Counted from the first letter of the stretch, positions 50,760-63,040 are shown. The stretch is 64,000 bases of DNA from Octopus sinensis (GCF_006345805.1 NC_043010.1:32426001-32490000); one strand, 5' to 3'. The notes: generated by a model from the sequence alone, not told the origin. Numbers and translations are program-made.

Positions 50760-51070
50760 CGGGAACCCTTTCAAGCAACGTCTCTCCAACCACAGGTCCT
50801 CCTTCAGTATTCTGGAAAGGAGATACATAACATCACTGGAAATCCATGTCTGGCAACTTAGAGATGATGGTATTCCATACTCGATCTCATGGAAAATCCC
50901 TGAGAACTCAGGCCCCTACAGCAACGGGATAATGTGTTGCAGGTTATGCATAGCTGAATGCATGAGAATCTTAAAGGACTCACTTGAACCAGGGAACATC
51001 CATAACCCCAGAATGGAGATTTTCAGGACATGTTTATATTTCAGGAGGTTCCTGCTAGCTTTTTGGAGCC
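50760..51070 (+). mobile_element. Penelope-like element GIY-YIG C-terminal relic
   Basis: IHVWQLRDDGIPYSISWKIPENSGPYSNGIMCCRLCIAECMRIL...NPRMEIFRTCLYFRRFLL fits IW.LKD....Y.I.W...C.LC..E..IL..LN.R.EI...C. Confidence 0.75.
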
Positions 51071-52193
51071 CACAAGATGGTGGAAGAGCCAGAAGTTAGT
51101 AGTCAATAGCAAAGGGAGATAATCCCCAATTGTTGCCTTTGGGTCATGTGGCTTTTCCGCTTCCATATTTTTAAGAAATCATGAGCCAACAGGTTTTGGG
51201 ATCTGATGATATGCCATAAAGCTAAGCCTCTTGTGAATAGGAAACCTAGCCTTCCCCATTTTTAACATATATACATATATGTATATATATGATGTAAAAA
51301 TGCTTGACTCAATGGCAGGATAAATAATATATTTTTCTTTTGGCAATTCAAATTGATTCCAGTACATCGTTGATAATGTTTTCTTTTAACTCCTATGGGG
51401 AATAAATCATAAAATCAATATTAATGAGATTCAAACTCAGAAAAATGAAGGTATGTGCTTGTGTACCACAAAGTATTTCATCCAATTTACATAAGTTTAC
51501 ACATGCATGCGTGTACATATGCATACACACAAACACACACATCTTTGGGGCCAACAAACAGAAAGAAGAGAATTCAATAAACGTGTTTTTACTTAACTCA
51601 TTTGCTATATATGGAGTACCTGACATCAACAATTTTTCTTCAATGTTATCATTTCTGAGCTGTCTTCAGAACCACTCCCTCAATATGGGGTGCACCTTGT
51701 GTGTCCCTGAGGGAAGGTCATCCTTTCCCTGATCTTGTTGGTTTTGAGGTGTCCTCAATGCTTCTGTAATGTTGCTTTTTTTTTCTAAGTAGGGGTGATA
51801 GGCCCTACCTATGCAAACCCATTTTTACCTCTGGCAAGAAATGGTCCATATTTGCTGGCCGCTATCTTTTGACTTGCCCATCATAGGAGCTCTACCAAGA
51901 GCTAATGCTCCACTGCCATCAATTTCAGGGTCACTAAGGCACACAGGGCACTACACTTCAACAAGGGCCAGTAGATACAATAGAGTTCATTTATTTGGAA
52001 ATAGCTGGAGATTCACTCCATTGGTACTCTGGATATAAAAATCTGACTAATGAAGTGGCATGAAGTAATAAATGTTTCAACCAAAGCACTGAGTTCTTTT
52101 CAATTTTGTTTGTAAATAGAAATAAGTAGAAATACTTACAAATACAAACCTAAGACTTCACACACAAGCATACATGCACACACAAATATGCAT

Positions 52194-52225
<32 letters not shown>

Positions 52226-52926
52226 GTACATTTTATATAATGCATTACATTAAAATAAATCCTTTGGTAAGAAAAGTAATTGTATTGAATGTGTACAGTT
52301 TTGTATGTGCTTGTATATGTATGGGTATATGTATGCATATAGATACACATCTACCTGTATGTTAGTGTGTGTATATGCATGTATGTATGTAATTATGTAT
52401 GTATGTATCCAAACATATTGCTATCTAGAAAATAGCAATTATTAAGAAGCTCCTATTATTCTGTGTCGGATTATTTAAACTTTATATTGTAGATATATGT
52501 GTCTTGTATGTGTGTGTGTGTGTTTTTGTGCATGCACACATGTTTTTCTGTGTATGTGTGTAGTATTTTTTAATCTAGATTATTCAATATGGTACAAACT
52601 TTTGAAATATGACTGTGGATAGAAAATAACAACTTTTGAGAAATAAAAATTTCTTATAGAATTATATTGGTATAGGTAGGAACAGGAATCAATAGTGCTT
52701 TGGAGTTTAAAATATTCATATTATTGCATAAAGTATAAACTTAAATAGCAGACTGTAAAGAGAGATATGTTGAGTCAGATCATTAGGATATCAATGTCAA
52801 AAAGTAAGCCTAATATTCATAAAAGTGAATATCTTCAACAGAATTATATTTTGCATAACTGTCAATGAGAATACTGATGCGTGTTGCATTATATGCAAAG
52901 TTTTATATGCACACATATATGTAATA

Positions 52927-52956
<30 letters not shown>

Positions 52957-52957
<1 letters not shown>

Positions 52958-53259
52958 CACGTGATCACGTGACCGACCAGACCATCAGATGTTGTTAGAC
53001 ATCGCTGGTCACAATGCGTTTGCATTGTTTTGGCCTTTGAATGACGCCACCCCGCTGGCTAAGCGAGCAGGCCAACAGAAGAAAGAGTGGGAGAAAACTG
53101 CGGTGAGAGAGTACAGCAGGGATCACCACCCCCTGCCAGAGCCTCGTGGAGCTTTTAGGTATTTTCTCTCAATAAACACTCACAACGCCCGGTCTGGGAA
53201 TCGAAGCCGCGATCCTACGACCGCGAGTCTGCTGCCCTAACCACCGGGCCATTGTGCCT

Positions 53260-53263
<4 letters not shown>
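52957..53263 (-). mobile_element. tRNA(Arg)-like-headed SINE (possibly the octopus OR type)
   Basis: Minus strand TGGCCCGGTGGTTAGGGCAGCAGACTCGCGGTCGTAGGATCGCGGCTTCGATTCCCAGACCGGGC; the tail ends TCACGTGATCACGTGA-(TA)n. Confidence 0.85.
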
Positions 53264-53352
<89 letters not shown>

Positions 53353-53391
53353 ATACACATACATACCTATATGCACACACACACATACATG

Positions 53392-53700
53392 TGGCTGTGT
53401 GGTAAGAAGTTTATTTCCATGGTTCTGGGTTCAGTCTTACTGCATGGCACCTTGAGTAAGTGTCTTCTACTATAGCTCTAGGTTGGCCAAACTGAAAGAA
53501 GCCTGTTGTGTGTGTGTGTGTGTGACCACCACTTGACAACCAGTGTGAGTTTACATATCTGTAACTTAGCAGTTTGGTAAAAAAAAAAAAGCCTGATAGA
53601 ATAAGTACTAGGCTTTGACAACAATAAGTTCTGGGGTTAATTTCTTTGGCTAAACCCTTGAAGGCAGTACCCTGGTATGGCTGCAGTTCAATGAATGAAA
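53392..53700 (+). mobile_element. SINE (dominant family)
   Basis: GTGGCTGTGTGGTAAGAAG...GGGTTCAGTC...GAGTAAGTGTCTTCTACT. Confidence 0.85.
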
Positions 53701-54329
53701 TGCAGAAACAATAAAACATAATGTTATATACACACACATACATACAGTAGTTGGTTTATGTTTCACAAATAAGAGAGGAGTGCTCAATGCATGTTTAGAG
53801 GATATAGTTCTTTTATTAAAACTGAAACTGAGAGTTTGTCTCATGTCATTAGTTTCATGCCATAGTGATCTTCAAGCAAGAACTGTCACAACTCGATAAC
53901 AGTGACATGTTTATATCATTTGGTCTAGTGCTTGTTCATTGGCTGACTTTTTGTATTTATTGATTGAAATGTGTTTTCTGGCTTCTTCTTTCATTGTTTA
54001 TATTACTTTTGTTATGTGGTTTTTGTATCTCTTGCAATTGTAGGTGGGAGGGTGTGTTATTAATTTGTTTAGGATTTGTTGGCAAGATGTTGATGGGGCA
54101 TTATTTCTTATGTGTGCAATTGCATAAGCTTGGTGTCAATGAATCTACCATTCATTCCATTTAGAAAGTGTGGATATGGTTAATTTCTCACTGATTTATT
54201 TATCACAGTTTTTTTTTTAAACCAAACCCCATGATAAACAAGGATTGAAGTACTTAGCACTATTATATGACTAAAAATAAATATTTATAGTGTGGTGGTG
54301 GATCACTTCATTGAAAAGGCAATTTACAC

Positions 54330-57300
54330 TATGGGAATAAAATAACTTCAGTAATTTAATAATACTACATTCAAGAAGTTGAAAGCATCTGTGCAGAAAA
54401 CGGATTTAGCTAAACAGCAAGCCAGATACATGGAAGAAAGCATATCTAACATGTATATGAGAGATAATAGCAGTTTCATAATCTTGAACTGACAGGAATG
54501 AAAACCAGAAAAATGTTGCTATGGATGTGGTTCAAAATCTCATAATTTTTATCATCCCAAAATTCCAATAAAGAAAAAAATTGCTATTCATGTAAACAGT
54601 CAAAACAAAAATGTAAAGAGATGAAAAGAAAAATAAGTCCAACATTTTGCAAGTGTATGCAAGTCAAGAAACTGCACTTTCACTACTTTGATAGCACTCT
54701 CTTCCATCTCCATGCTAATGTGAAGAGTTACAGAATAAATTCAATGGTAAAGTACTGTTAGTCAGTGACAATGAATATAATTGATTGCAACAGAAAATAA
54801 AAATTGATGGAATAATCATGTCATTCATCATTGGTCTGGGAGCAACATGCAAATTAGTCCGGATAGCAATAATCAAGCTGAGTGATTAAACTATGAAGCG
54901 TTTATCCAACGATGCAAAACCAAAATATTCACCTTTGGCTTGATTGCACCTCTGGTTTTGCTTGGTTATTTTACATCTCACTTAATATTGGTTTAATTCC
55001 CCAAATTCATAGGATATTCGTCACCGAATCTATGTCTGGCAACTGTTTGTCTGGGTTATGAAACAGTGTCTTGACTTGGTTTGACTCAGAAAAGTTACAT
55101 CAACTCTCTGTCAACAGTAGAAGATTATTTAGTTACTGATTAATTCCCTGAGTTAAAATTTTTGTTAAAACAATCAGCCATAGGATGAAACTGGTAACAC
55201 AACCTGTGAGACAAATATGATTTCATATAAAGAAGCAAATGAAAAAACCTGAACATTTTTTTAATTGGACATCATTGAGAAAACTGATGGTTCCCCAACT
55301 CCCATAATGTAAGTTTTTACCTTTATTATACCAAAGAAAGATAGTTCCATTTATTTGTGTGCAGATCAACACAGAACAAATACAGCTATCAAAAGGATAT
55401 AATAATACATACATAATATTGATGAGATATTGAAAAAATTAGATGGATCATGCTTCTTTGCAAAACTGGATTTTAAGATAGGCTACCATCCGGCTGAATT
55501 AGATCTCTCAAAATGTTATTTAACGTTTGCCTCTTCTAACAGGTTAACAACAGTATAAGCAGTTGGTTCTTTGCATTTCCTCAGCATTTGAAGAATTTGA
55601 TGAATTCGTTAGTAGTCTTTTTAAAATCTGAGCTTAACATAATTAGCCTTCCAGATGATGATCTAGTTTTGTGGTACATCATAAACAGACCATGATGCAA
55701 CACTGAATTAATGCTTAATGATACTAGGTAACAATAGGCTCACATTAAAAATCATATGAAATGCTGGGACTCACTTTGAATGCCAACTAAATTAAGAAGT
55801 TTTTTAGTTTACCTTTTTGGTAACTTCATATTGCATTTAGTGACCATGCGACACTTTGGGAGAAGAAAGAAAGGGCAGAGAGGTTTCAGTCAAATATAAG
55901 TGGGAAATTTTCAAGAATTAAATTAACTCATAACATTTTGTACAATGTTATCATACTTTGACACAAGCTAGGAAACTTCGTCTATGTTGATGTCAATTCT
56001 GTCAAACTGGATGCCATAACACCAAGGAAGAATGCCATGTTATTTCCAACACATCCAAGACACTTTAAAAAACTGAACAAGCACCGCAAAACTGAAAAGG
56101 CAAACGTTGCTGTGGTATTGAATGTAAAATAATTTCCACGTATCTTTATGGAAGACCATTCAACATCTTCAGTAGCAAAACAGATTTTGTTGATGAGAAG
56201 GATCTTTGTGTGTCATATATCAAGTTTGTAATTGAAAATGTAATTCTTAAAACTATGATTTCATCTAATTTGTTAAAACCCACAGAGAATAATTCTTAAA
56301 GCTATGACTTCATCTAATTTATTAAAACACACAAAGAAACAACAACACAAGCAACAGTAGAAACATTGCAAACAGGTAATCTAGCAATCAAAACTTGTCT
56401 ATAATGCAAGAACTTAACCCTTTTATTACCATATGTATTTTGAGATGCTCTGTGTTTCTTTCAATTATTTTAAATATAACAAAAAATTTAGTAAAATAAC
56501 TTAGTTACCATTAAGCTAGTGTTATGAACATAAATTGTGACTATGGTTTGGTGGAAGATTTTAATTCAAAACTTAAGAAAACAAGACATTTGTACTACAG
56601 AGCTAGAGGTGGTTTTGGCCAGGTTGGCAATGAAAGGGTTAAACAGCACTCTATGCAGAGCTCAAATTAGGATTCATTTTGTGCTAAAAACTCAGTTGCT
56701 CAGTTGATGACATTTTTTTTTACATCTGAGGGAATTCTAAAGAAAATTAGTATTGACAAAGGCCAGCATGATACTCTGCCAACTTTAAGTAAATGCTCCA
56801 GTAGATAGAGTCCATAGAAACATTGACAAAGTAATCAATTCCTCAATTCAAAAAGGTAATCAATGACAGAGAAGACTTTGAAAGTGTTTATTGCTCTACT
56901 GGACTATTCCTTATTCATAAAGATAACACTGTCTATTCTACTCTTAAATTGCTTGTTACCTTATAAACATTATGAAATCCTTGCAAGAGACAGTAATGAT
57001 AACAAATCTAATTCTAACTTGAAATTAGCTTGATTGGAAAATGGACAACTCTGATATAAAAGTAGTTGATCATGTCTTCATGAAAAATCAACAACCAGGG
57101 AGGCACCAACAAAACTTTAATTTAATTCAGTATATTGTTATCAAAGGAAAACAACAGACCAATTTGAGTTACATCAAGATAGATTAAAAGCATTCATGTA
57201 AACCACTCCATAAGTCAAGTTTATACCTCAAAGAAGTTCAAGAAGCCCAAATGATATGGAGGCTACCAATGAAAATGTCAATGAGGTTGACAAGATGTCA

Positions 57301-57470
57301 CAAGATAATAAACCTTCGAAAGAATCTCCTGAACCATATCCACATAGGTCAGCAAGAACAAACAAGGGTGTATAACCATACAGATACAACCTTTGACATG
57401 AATGCAATATAAAACACAAGTGAAAAAAGCCACATATAACTTTCCAGATGATAGGGTCACAAGTTTTACA
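54330..57470 (+). mobile_element. Heavily decayed Ty3/Gypsy internal region (gag knuckle, protease, RT, RNase H, integrase)
   Basis: CYGCGSKSH...HFASVCKS; FIIGLGAT; IDEILKKLDGSCFFAKLDFKIGYH; PDDDLV; YVDVNSVKLDAI; IFFTSEGILKKISIDKG. Many stops. No LTRs recognised. Confidence 0.8.
56418..56638. mobile_element. piggyBac-like MITE, 221 bp, nested in the Gypsy relic
   Basis: TTAA|CCCTTTTATTACCA...TGGCAATGAAAGGG|TTAA. Confidence 0.85.
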
Positions 57471-57473
57471 CTA

Positions 57474-57612
57474 TTTATTGCCCACAAGGGGCTAAACATA
57501 GAGAGGACAAACAAGGGCAGACAAAGGGGTTAAGTCGATTACATCGACCCCAGTGCAAAACTGGTACTTTATTTATTGACCCCGGAAGGATGAAAGGCAA
57601 AGTCAACCTCGG
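57474..57612 (-). mobile_element. SINE 3' part (second family), inverted exact copy of 57973-58111
   Basis: 139/139 reverse-complement identity, checked base by base. Confidence 0.95.
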
Positions 57613-57885
57613 TGGGCTTTCTATATCACATGACTCAGCTAAATGGTCAGGTGACCATTGCTATTTCAGATGATTACAAGTTTGATGAAAGAAGTTTTGT
57701 TATGAATTGAAGACAGCTTCTAGAGGTAAAGAAACCATTGCAATCGTTACTTTACAGTGGGACTACATTAATAAACATCAAATAAGAACATTAGCAAACA
57801 TTATTAATGAATAACAAGGGATTAACTGTATAAATTTGTTACAGCAGTAGATTAACTTTGTATGTGTATATATATTTATATATTA

Positions 57886-58112
57886 AGGCGGTGAGCTGGC
57901 AGACACGTTAGTGTGCCGGGCGAAATGCTTAGCGGTATTTCGTCTGTCGTTACATTCTAAATTCAAATTCCGCCGAGGTTGACTTTGCCTTTCATCCTTC
58001 CGGGGTCAATAAATAAAGTACCAGTTTTGCACTGGGGTCGATGTAATCGACTTAACCCCTTTGTCTGCCCTTGTTTGTCCTCTCTATGTTTAGCCCCTTG
58101 TGGGCAATAAAG

Positions 58113-58115
<3 letters not shown>
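57886..58115 (+). mobile_element. Full-length SINE (second family)
   Basis: AGGCGGTGAGCTGGCAGA head, GACTTTGCCTTTCATCCTTCCGGGGTC core, TTTAGCCCCTTGTGGGCAATAAAGAAA tail. Confidence 0.9.
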
Positions 58116-58145
<30 letters not shown>

Positions 58146-58169
58146 AAACAATGAATTAATTATATAAAT

Positions 58170-58362
58170 GTGTCAGTAACACATAAATGGCACTCGCTAC
58201 ACTCTGTGGAGTGGTTGGCATTAGGAAGGGTATCTACATGTAGGAACCAAGCCAAAACAGACTGGAACTTGGGGCTGCTTTCCAGCTTACCAGTTCTGGT
58301 CAAACTGTCTAACCCATGCCAGCATGGAAAACACATGCTAAATGATGAAGATGATGATGATA
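58170..58362 (+). mobile_element. RTE 3' UTR fragment
   Basis: GGAGTGGTTGGCATTAGGAAGGG...AACCCATGCCAGCATGGAAA...(GAT)n. Confidence 0.85.
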
Positions 58363-58864
58363 ATAGTTCTAGCCCTAAGCCCTACAGTGGGTTAACCATG
58401 TGAATATATAACAATAAATCAGTCAAATAAAACTATAACAACGGATTAACTGTATAAACGAATAATGGATTAACTGAATATAGATCTATAACAATAATGG
58501 ATTGATTAAGGAACTCAAGTTCAACAATGGCCTGAATAATAGAAGTGAGAAAAATTAATTTCAGAGATAAAGTAACGTATGGTAATTAACTACTTTGTGT
58601 TTGTTTCTTTGAAATTATGCTTCAGATCTTCTTGAAATTTATGGTATTCTTTGGTGGATGGAAGATAGATGGAAGATAAAAAGATAGTGAGAGATAATTA
58701 GAAAGAGGAAGACAGAGGGATAGAGAGAGTGAGTGAGTGAACGAGCAAGTAAGTTATGAAAGAATGAAGGAAGTAAAAGAGTCACAGAAGCGAGAAGAAA
58801 ATAGAGTGAAGTATGATGACAACAACACTAACAAGCACAAAAATGGAGTAAAACAATAATGGAC

Positions 58865-59025
58865 CCTAATAATCCTTTCTATTATAAGCACAAGGCTTGA
58901 AATTAGGTGCGGGAGTGGGGGGACAAGTTAATTGCATCGACCCCAGTGTTTCACTGGTACTTAATTTATCGACCCTGAAAGGATGAAAGGCAAAGTCGAC
59001 CTGGGCGGAATGTGAATTCAGAATG
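58865..59025 (-). mobile_element. SINE (second family), partial
   Basis: TCGACCCCAGTG...GGTACTTAATTTATCGACCCTGAAAGGATGAAAGGCAAAGTCGACC. Confidence 0.8.
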
Positions 59026-59204
59026 TGAATAATGGACCCTAATAATAAAAGTCCACACAGTTCTTCTGTACAGTTAAAAGCAACAATGACAACAACACCA
59101 CCAGTAGCAACAAAACTCTGGTAGGAGCACAGAAGGAATCATTTAGTAGCATGAATTTACATTCATATTTAATAATGTTGCTGAATTTTTGCTGGTGTAA
59201 ATAA

Positions 59205-59243
59205 GAATCATCGCCGTCGTCATCATCGTCCTCGTCATCGTCG

Positions 59244-59314
<71 letters not shown>

Positions 59315-59396
59315 TCATCATCATCATCATCATCATCTTCTTCTTCTTCTTCTTCTTCTTCTTCTTCTTCTTCTTCTTCTTCTTCTTCTTCTTCTC
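59205..59396. repeat. Compound (TCA)n-(TCT)n microsatellite
   Basis: Direct reading. Confidence 0.95.
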
Positions 59397-59785
59397 TTCC
59401 TTAGAAACAATTATTATTTATGTTAAAAACAATTCTCGTCTTGTCTTATCCTTTTCAACAGCTTCCTATGACTTTTTCCTGTAATGCCAGGTGTTTTCTT
59501 GACATAAGTGCACAGTATTGTGTTTTTTGGCATCAATGTTATGTTTATGTACCACATCATTATTGCTTTGTCGTAGTATTTGTTTTGGTGTTTTTCTGGT
59601 TTTACTTTAGAGTTTCAATACACGTTGGTGTGAGCTGTGTTATGTGTTTTAATGTTGGATAGTGATTGTGTACAGTAAATAATATTTATTGAATAGTTGC
59701 ATTGCACTATGTAACTTGATGGCTATTGTGTAGAATATATATTGTGTAGGTTGTGTTATATATACAGGGTGATGATGGTGTAGAG

Positions 59786-60004
59786 CAGTGGTTCTCAACC
59801 AGGGTTCATATGACCCTTAGGGATCCATATAAGTTTTTGTTGTTAAAAATTTTGTGCAATAAATTGCTTATACTTCTACAGTACACTAAATATTTTAATA
59901 ATTTGTTTTCATACATTTAATACATCAAGTGGCAAAAGGAGTCCACCCAAGTAAAATAGGAATCAAAGAGGTCCACAGACAAAAAAAATGATTGAGAACC
60001 ACTA
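59786..60004. mobile_element. hAT (Charlie-like) MITE, 219 bp
   Basis: TIRs CAGTGGTTCTCAAC and ATTGAGAACCACTA; 8-bp TSD GTGTAGAG / GTATAGAG (7 of 8 match). Confidence 0.88.
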
Positions 60005-60589
60005 GTATAGAGGATGTGTTGAGTTGTTAGTGACAGGAGATGGTTGTGTGTTGAACTATTTTAATTTTGGGTAGATGTTTTGTAGAGCAAAGCTAGACAC
60101 CTCTCATATTATAGACAGATTGCAATAATATAGAATTGGAGGTGCAGTTTATGTCTGCTGATACGCCATATGTTTATATGAGAAGACCTCTCAAATCTAG
60201 TACCACAGTATTCAGCATTCTACATTAAGCAGAATATAAAGATTGGCTCTTGATTCTAATACTGTTTCAGTTACTAATAATTATTTTTTAATAAATCTTT
60301 AGTTTTACCAATTCATTATTGTACATACATTAACTTATGGCTTTGGTCTTTGGACTTAAATCAATTTTTACCACATGAGATTTAAGAGACTCGTCAATTT
60401 GAATGTGAACTAAATTTCATCTGCAGATGAGGTCTTTCTACCACTAATGTAGACAATATGTTGTATGGGCTATATTGCCAGGTCGTTGTTATGTATTACA
60501 AGTGGGAGGGTCCAGACCTGCTATCCCATTCACCCAAGTAGATGCATGTACAAGATATTGACTTTCCTTTCCCAGTAGAGGGAATGATG

Positions 60590-61200
60590 CATGACCAGTG
60601 TCTTACTTGCTAAAAGGAAGTTCTCTAGTAATGACCTCTCCTACAATACTGCATTCAGAACAACACTTTTTTCTTCCATAGAACTTGCTACATCTTGGCA
60701 GGAAATCAGTTTAAAGAGGACACTACTCCAATTCTCCACACGTCAGGATTTCAGGAATATCACCTCACCTTCTTGTATCACCACTGACAACACAGAGATG
60801 AAGATAGTCCTCATCCTTCAGCTACATGGGGTAGAGACCTCATGTCACCTGAAACTAAGATTACCTAAGATCACCAACTGATTGGCAAAAGCAAACAGCA
60901 CATTTTCCAGACAAAGGTGTTTGAAATAGCACTGATCGGAAGAAAGATGTAAAGATTAGTGTGTGTTGAATCATTGTACAGACTACAATCATTCCCTGAA
61001 CTACTCCAAAGTCACGAAACAGACAGATGTCACCAACATTAACACCATGCTGATAAATTCACAATTGCTCTGGGCAGTAATGTTTCCAGAGTAGTGGATC
61101 ATGGCCTACCCAAAGATTGAATTGTATACAAACATTCCACAGATCACTATGAGATTGGTACTATAGAAAAGGTACAAGGATACCCCAAAGAAATTTTGGT
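60590..61200 (+). mobile_element. Heavily decayed RTE ORF fragment
   Basis: Residual KANSTF.R and I.TML..SQL.W....R..D..LPK..LY motifs. Confidence 0.55.
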
Positions 61201-62561
61201 AGTTGTCTCGTTGAATATTGGCAATGGTCTACTACAGCCTCAAATTAAGGTTTAAAATACAGTAGCTGAAGTTGAAACTGAAATTTAAAAAAGAGAGATG
61301 TTTTTAAGTTTCATTCAAATCTAAAAGTTTCCTCCTTCTTTAAATTCTAACACCTATTATGAAAATTATAAATTGAGCTTCTTACATTTACTCTCAAAGT
61401 AAAATATCAAGTGTGAAGAGGGGATGTTGAAGCATTCATGTATGATGGGTATGTAGCCAGTGTTTCAATATTTGAAAAAGCTCAGCTGCCTTTCTCTCAT
61501 GTTTTATCAACTATAGCTGAGCTGACAGTTAGGCCTTCAGGGAAGAATGACTAAGATGCACTTTAATTTGCCTAGTAACAGTGTGACAGTTAAATAGGCA
61601 GTAGTATCCCATCAGCTCAGAAACAATGTGAGCTGAATGATGAGGTAATTTTATTGAGATCTACTTCCCTCACTAAAAAGCAAAAATTTATCCTCACTAG
61701 AGACAAAGGATTCAATATCTACACTCATGAATCTCTGGATATTCACGATTCTTTGGCTCTTGATACCCTGAAACTTGCTTGTCCCCACCAACATTCATGT
61801 GTTCTATAAAGCTTTACCAACGAACCTCTCTTTCCCAAAGTGCACACCACTTAACTTATCTTCCTCAGATTTGGCATAAACTGTTATGATCTTACTTAGA
61901 CATATACAGAAAGAAGAGACCGTGGGCAAAAGAAAATGGCCCTTTGTATTGAATGACATTACCAACATGCTACCCAAAACATCATAGTTTTCTTTTTAAC
62001 TTTTTTCATCCAAACCCACTCAAAAGGCATATTATCTAATTTCAAATTCCAACTGCAGTTGCAATATTTTTAAGCATTCACTTCTTGTCTTATACTTTTC
62101 AGGTTTAATTAATAAAGAATATTATCACACTTTGTCTCTTTGCTCCTCACTTTGCCTTCTATAACATATTCCTACTTCAAAACCACTTTAAGAATCTAAT
62201 CACTGACAATCAGAGAGGAAGTACTTATTCTTTAGTCCATTATTCATAAATGTGTTTGAATAAAATTCTTTTCTTCTCTCAGCTATATTTAAATCATTTG
62301 AACTTTGTCTCTTAAGTTCCAGCAATTAAAATAATACAGCAACTTAACTTACATAAGCAAACCCATACAAGCACACACACAAACTTTTTCTTTCCAACAC
62401 AATACAACATAGCATTGATCTACTCCATCAAACAAGCTAAATACTCAAAAGCCATACTAATTCACAGGTAAAGGTTGGTTCTTTTTGTTTTTTGTATCTA
62501 TATGCATTAATGAGATGAACATAGGTCAGATAATAAGATGTAATGTTACACAGTCATTTAA

Positions 62562-62770
62562 GGTAGTGAGCTGGCAGAATTGTTAGCACACTAGGCAAAA
62601 TGCATGGTAGCATTTTGTCTGCCTTTATGTTCTGAGTTCAAGTTCCACTGAGGTTGACTTTGCCTTTGGTCCTTTCAAGATCAATAAAATAAGTACTAGT
62701 TGAGCACTGGGATCAATGTAAGTGACTCAATCTCTCCCTCGAAATTGCTGGCCTTGTGCCAAAATATGAA
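62562..62770 (+). mobile_element. SINE (second family), ~180 bp upstream of the second SorCS exon
   Basis: AGGTAGTGAGCTGGCAGAA...GAGGTTGACTTTGCCTTT...GAAATTGCTGGCCTTGTGCC. Confidence 0.85.
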
Positions 62771-62950
62771 ACCCGTATTACAGTGATTTATATTCATGAT
62801 ATATCTGAACCATGTATTATTGAAACAATCATAATGGAGAAATATGTAATACTAAATATATTCTTTTATTGATTCCAGTCATGCTGGAGCACCACCTTGA
62901 ATGTATAATGCATGAAATTTGTAATAGTGTAGTCAATCCATTCTTTCCAG

Positions 62951-63040
62951 AAACAACACTTTGACCGGAATGAACTGTATGTATCATACAAAAGAGAGGG
63001 TTTCAAGAAGGCACATTTCCCAGATGACTTACATCCTCAG
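62951..63040 (+). CDS. SORCS: Next internal coding exon of the same SorCS-like receptor (counterpart of SORCS1 exon 8)
   Basis: Acceptor ttctttccAG, donor CAG|GTAAGA. 90 nt, phase 0-0: KQHFDRNELYVSYKREGFKKAHFPDDLHPQ. Aligns without gaps to recalled SorCS1 LTSGGRPHYYVSYRRNAFAQMKLPKYALPK and joins in frame to 12195-12313. Confidence 0.88.

Larger units (their letters stand above)
12314..62950 (+). other. GT-AG phase-0 intron of the SorCS-like gene, 50,637 bp
   Basis: Inferred from the two flanking exons, which correspond to consecutive exons of vertebrate SorCS genes. I found no further VPS10P-like exon in between. Confidence 0.8.

Noticed and set aside
50358-50861. Stop-free 168-codon frame rich in N/S/T/G
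   Set aside because: No start codon or convincing splice sites. A decayed triplet repeat stays open in one frame by construction, and it runs into a Penelope-like relic.
53800-57900. LTR pair around the Gypsy relic
   Set aside because: No matching TG...CA direct repeats, PBS or PPT could be recognised.
59039-59311. Poly-Met/poly-Asp ORF
   Set aside because: Reverse strand of a (TCA)n microsatellite.
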